The notes below the pieces were generated by a model that worked only from the letters and a program-made list of their open reading frames with translations, was not told the DNA's origin and made no database searches. A stretch of 64,000 nt of DNA. Source: Paraspadella gotoi. Lineage: Eukaryota > Animalia > Chaetognatha. Location: contig JBJCIZ010001662.1 in NCBI GenBank assembly GCA_051294375.1, forward strand, positions 23,272-87,271, written 5' to 3'. Position 1 is the first letter of the stretch, and each line of letters opens with the position of its first letter. A program made the position numbers and the translations under genes. This document shows, piece after piece, positions 61,901-64,000 of the stretch.

Positions 61901-64000
61901 TTTTTTTTTGTGGATGAAGCTTTAATTTAACGCAATAGCCCAGGGTTGCCTCCTTGCAGTTCAGTGGACCGAGGCGCTCAAACTCGCTTTTTAAGCATGG
62001 TGGTACAGCCTGAAATACGAAGCTCAGGGACTGCTTATGTATGAGGGGAAATATTATAACTCATTTTGTCTCTTCATCCCATTTCATTTTAAACTTTCTG
62101 TATAGAATTTGAAACAGAAATAATTATTATTGACTTAATCACGTCCGTTTTGAAAACGGCGACAGTTTCCAGAATGTCAAAAGAACCCCTCCTAGACCTG
62201 CAGAGAGGAAGAAGCGTCGGGAGAGAAATGGTGCTGTAAGACACGCGGAACGCAGACGACTATGTTTACTTGTTTACCTTGGCGTCTTGGTTTGATATTT
62301 AATTGGGTACTTAAAATACACAATATAAATACAAACTACAATTTATAAAGTTGTTCACCTTTTAAGCCATACTCTGGAAGACCGAAGCATCTCGCTGGGG
62401 TGAAGTTTTCCTCAAATAATTCTGGGGGGCCGTTTTAGGGAACGGCGGCGGGTACTTAACGTACGGGCGGGGCGCACGGAATGTCGAAGCCTCCAATGAT
62501 TGTGTAAAATGTATCAAATAGAACCAAAGAGCAAAGAAATAAAACTAAACAAAATGAGGCACTTGTAAGCGCATTTACTAAAATTAAACATTATTCAACA
62601 CAAAGATATGGTGAGAAAAAACCAATGGACATATATACACATAATACACTGGTTCATTACGTGAGTCCTATGAAATTCGAGAGATAAGAAATACACAGCT
62701 CGAAGAAGGCCGTAGCAGAGCATCAGAGTTTACCTGAAAGTATGCGTCATAACCGTAAACGTGCTCGTGGCGCGTCAAGTCCACAAACAATTTTCAACTA
62801 AAATTAAAAACGCTGATAGGGCTACTGCGAGAAAAATAATTTTAATGTCAAATTCTTTTTTTATCTTTTAAAAAAAAATGTATTTATATTTTTTTTAGAT
62901 GCCAAAGTTTATTGGTTTAAAAATAATAGTAAAAGTGAAACAAAAAATACGGACCTGTTTTATGGCCCTGTGCCTTCTTCAGCAGAGCACCAAAATGGGT
63001 CCCGTATTTTGTTGTTTTTTTTAGCATTATTTTTTAAAACATAAAAAACTTAGTTTCTAAAACTTACCAACTAACAACCAAAAAAGAAAGAAATTAACAT
63101 TAATTTTTTTATGAAATTTATTAATATTAAAATATTTTGTAAAATTTTTAAAATAATAATATACCTTAAGCTTGACTCTTATATTTTAAACTTAACCTAC
63201 ACTTATCCCTCATTTACCCTAANNNNNNNNNNNNNNNNNNNNNNNNNACATACAATTATTGTCTCTTCAATCATTTCATTTTAAACTTATCATGTATAAG
63301 AATTTGAAACAGAAATAAATTTTAAATGACTTCAAATCAACCCGTTTTGAAACGGCGACAGTCTCAGAATGTCAAAAGAACCCCCTCCTAGACCTAGCAG
63401 AGAGGAAGAAGCCGTCGGGAGAGAAATGGTGCTGAAGACCGGGAACGCANNNNNNNNNNNNNNNNNNNNNNNNNNNNNNNNNNNNNNNNNNNNNNNNNNN
63501 NNNNNNNNNNNNNNNNNNNNNNNNNNNNNNNNNNNNNNNNNNNNNNNNNNNNNNNNNNNNNNNNNNNNNNNNNNNNNNNNNNNNNNNNNNNNNNNNNNNN
63601 NNNNNNNNNNNNNNNNNNNNNNNNNNNNNNNNNNNNNNNNNNNNNNNNNNNNNNNNNNNNNNNNNNNNNNNNNNNNNNNNNNAGCATCTCTGGATGACCG
63701 AAGCATCTCGCTGGGGTGAAGTTTCCTCAAATATTCTGGGGGCGTTTTAGGAGGACGGACCGGCGGGTACTAACAGTAACGGAAGACGGGGCAGCACGGA
63801 ATGTCAAAGCCTCCAATGATTGTGTAAAATGTAATCAAAGAACCAAAGAGCAAAAAGAAATAAAACTAAAACGAAATGAGGCACAAATCATAAGTAAGGC
63901 ATATACTAAAATTAAACGTAAAAGTAAGAAAACCAAATATAAAAAGTTCATATATATGAGTATGAATCGCAGATGAACGGAGACAGACGATCCTGAAAGT
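58905..64000 (+). repeat. Three noisy copies of a unit of about 1.4 kb that includes a decayed TRIM LTR
   Basis: 58905-60340 matches 61740-63222 and 63248-64000 (partial). The copies share aaagaaccccctcc..gcagagaggaagaagc and ccaatgattgtgtaaa. Confidence 0.8.

Noticed and set aside
49066-64000. Multiple direct and inverted repeats as biological structures
   Set aside because: The copies abut 25-N gaps and differ by dense indels, so they are likely gap-filling redundancy.

Overview
This is AT-rich animal (invertebrate-like) genomic DNA from a draft assembly with six N gaps, several near-duplicate blocks and stretches that look like uncorrected long reads. Host genes are the last exon of FARSA (2918-3149), EMC4 exon 1 only 172 nt downstream (3322-3594, operon-like), two in-phase exons of a mitochondrial ZnT9/SLC30A9-like gene (35056-35329, 45321-45500), and a noisy inverted copy of the rest of EMC4 (about 55290-55658, minus strand). 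The remainder is nested mobile DNA: two Helentron/DINE-like families, TA-, TTAA- and 8-bp-TSD MITEs, a Gypsy-type TRIM with a highly structured LTR, Gypsy pol fragments, Penelope-like pieces with minimal hammerhead ribozymes, and a 2.3-kb palindrome built from TTAGGG-containing repeats. The most unusual signal is that one MITE family's terminal inverted repeat (TIR) sits 21-31 nt before three separate 3' splice sites and 39 nt after a 5' splice site. The 10-kb SLC30A9 intron is thus closed by a 33-nt wobble-compatible stem that would leave an effective intron of about 62 nt. All calls are by eye; no database searches or folding programs were run.
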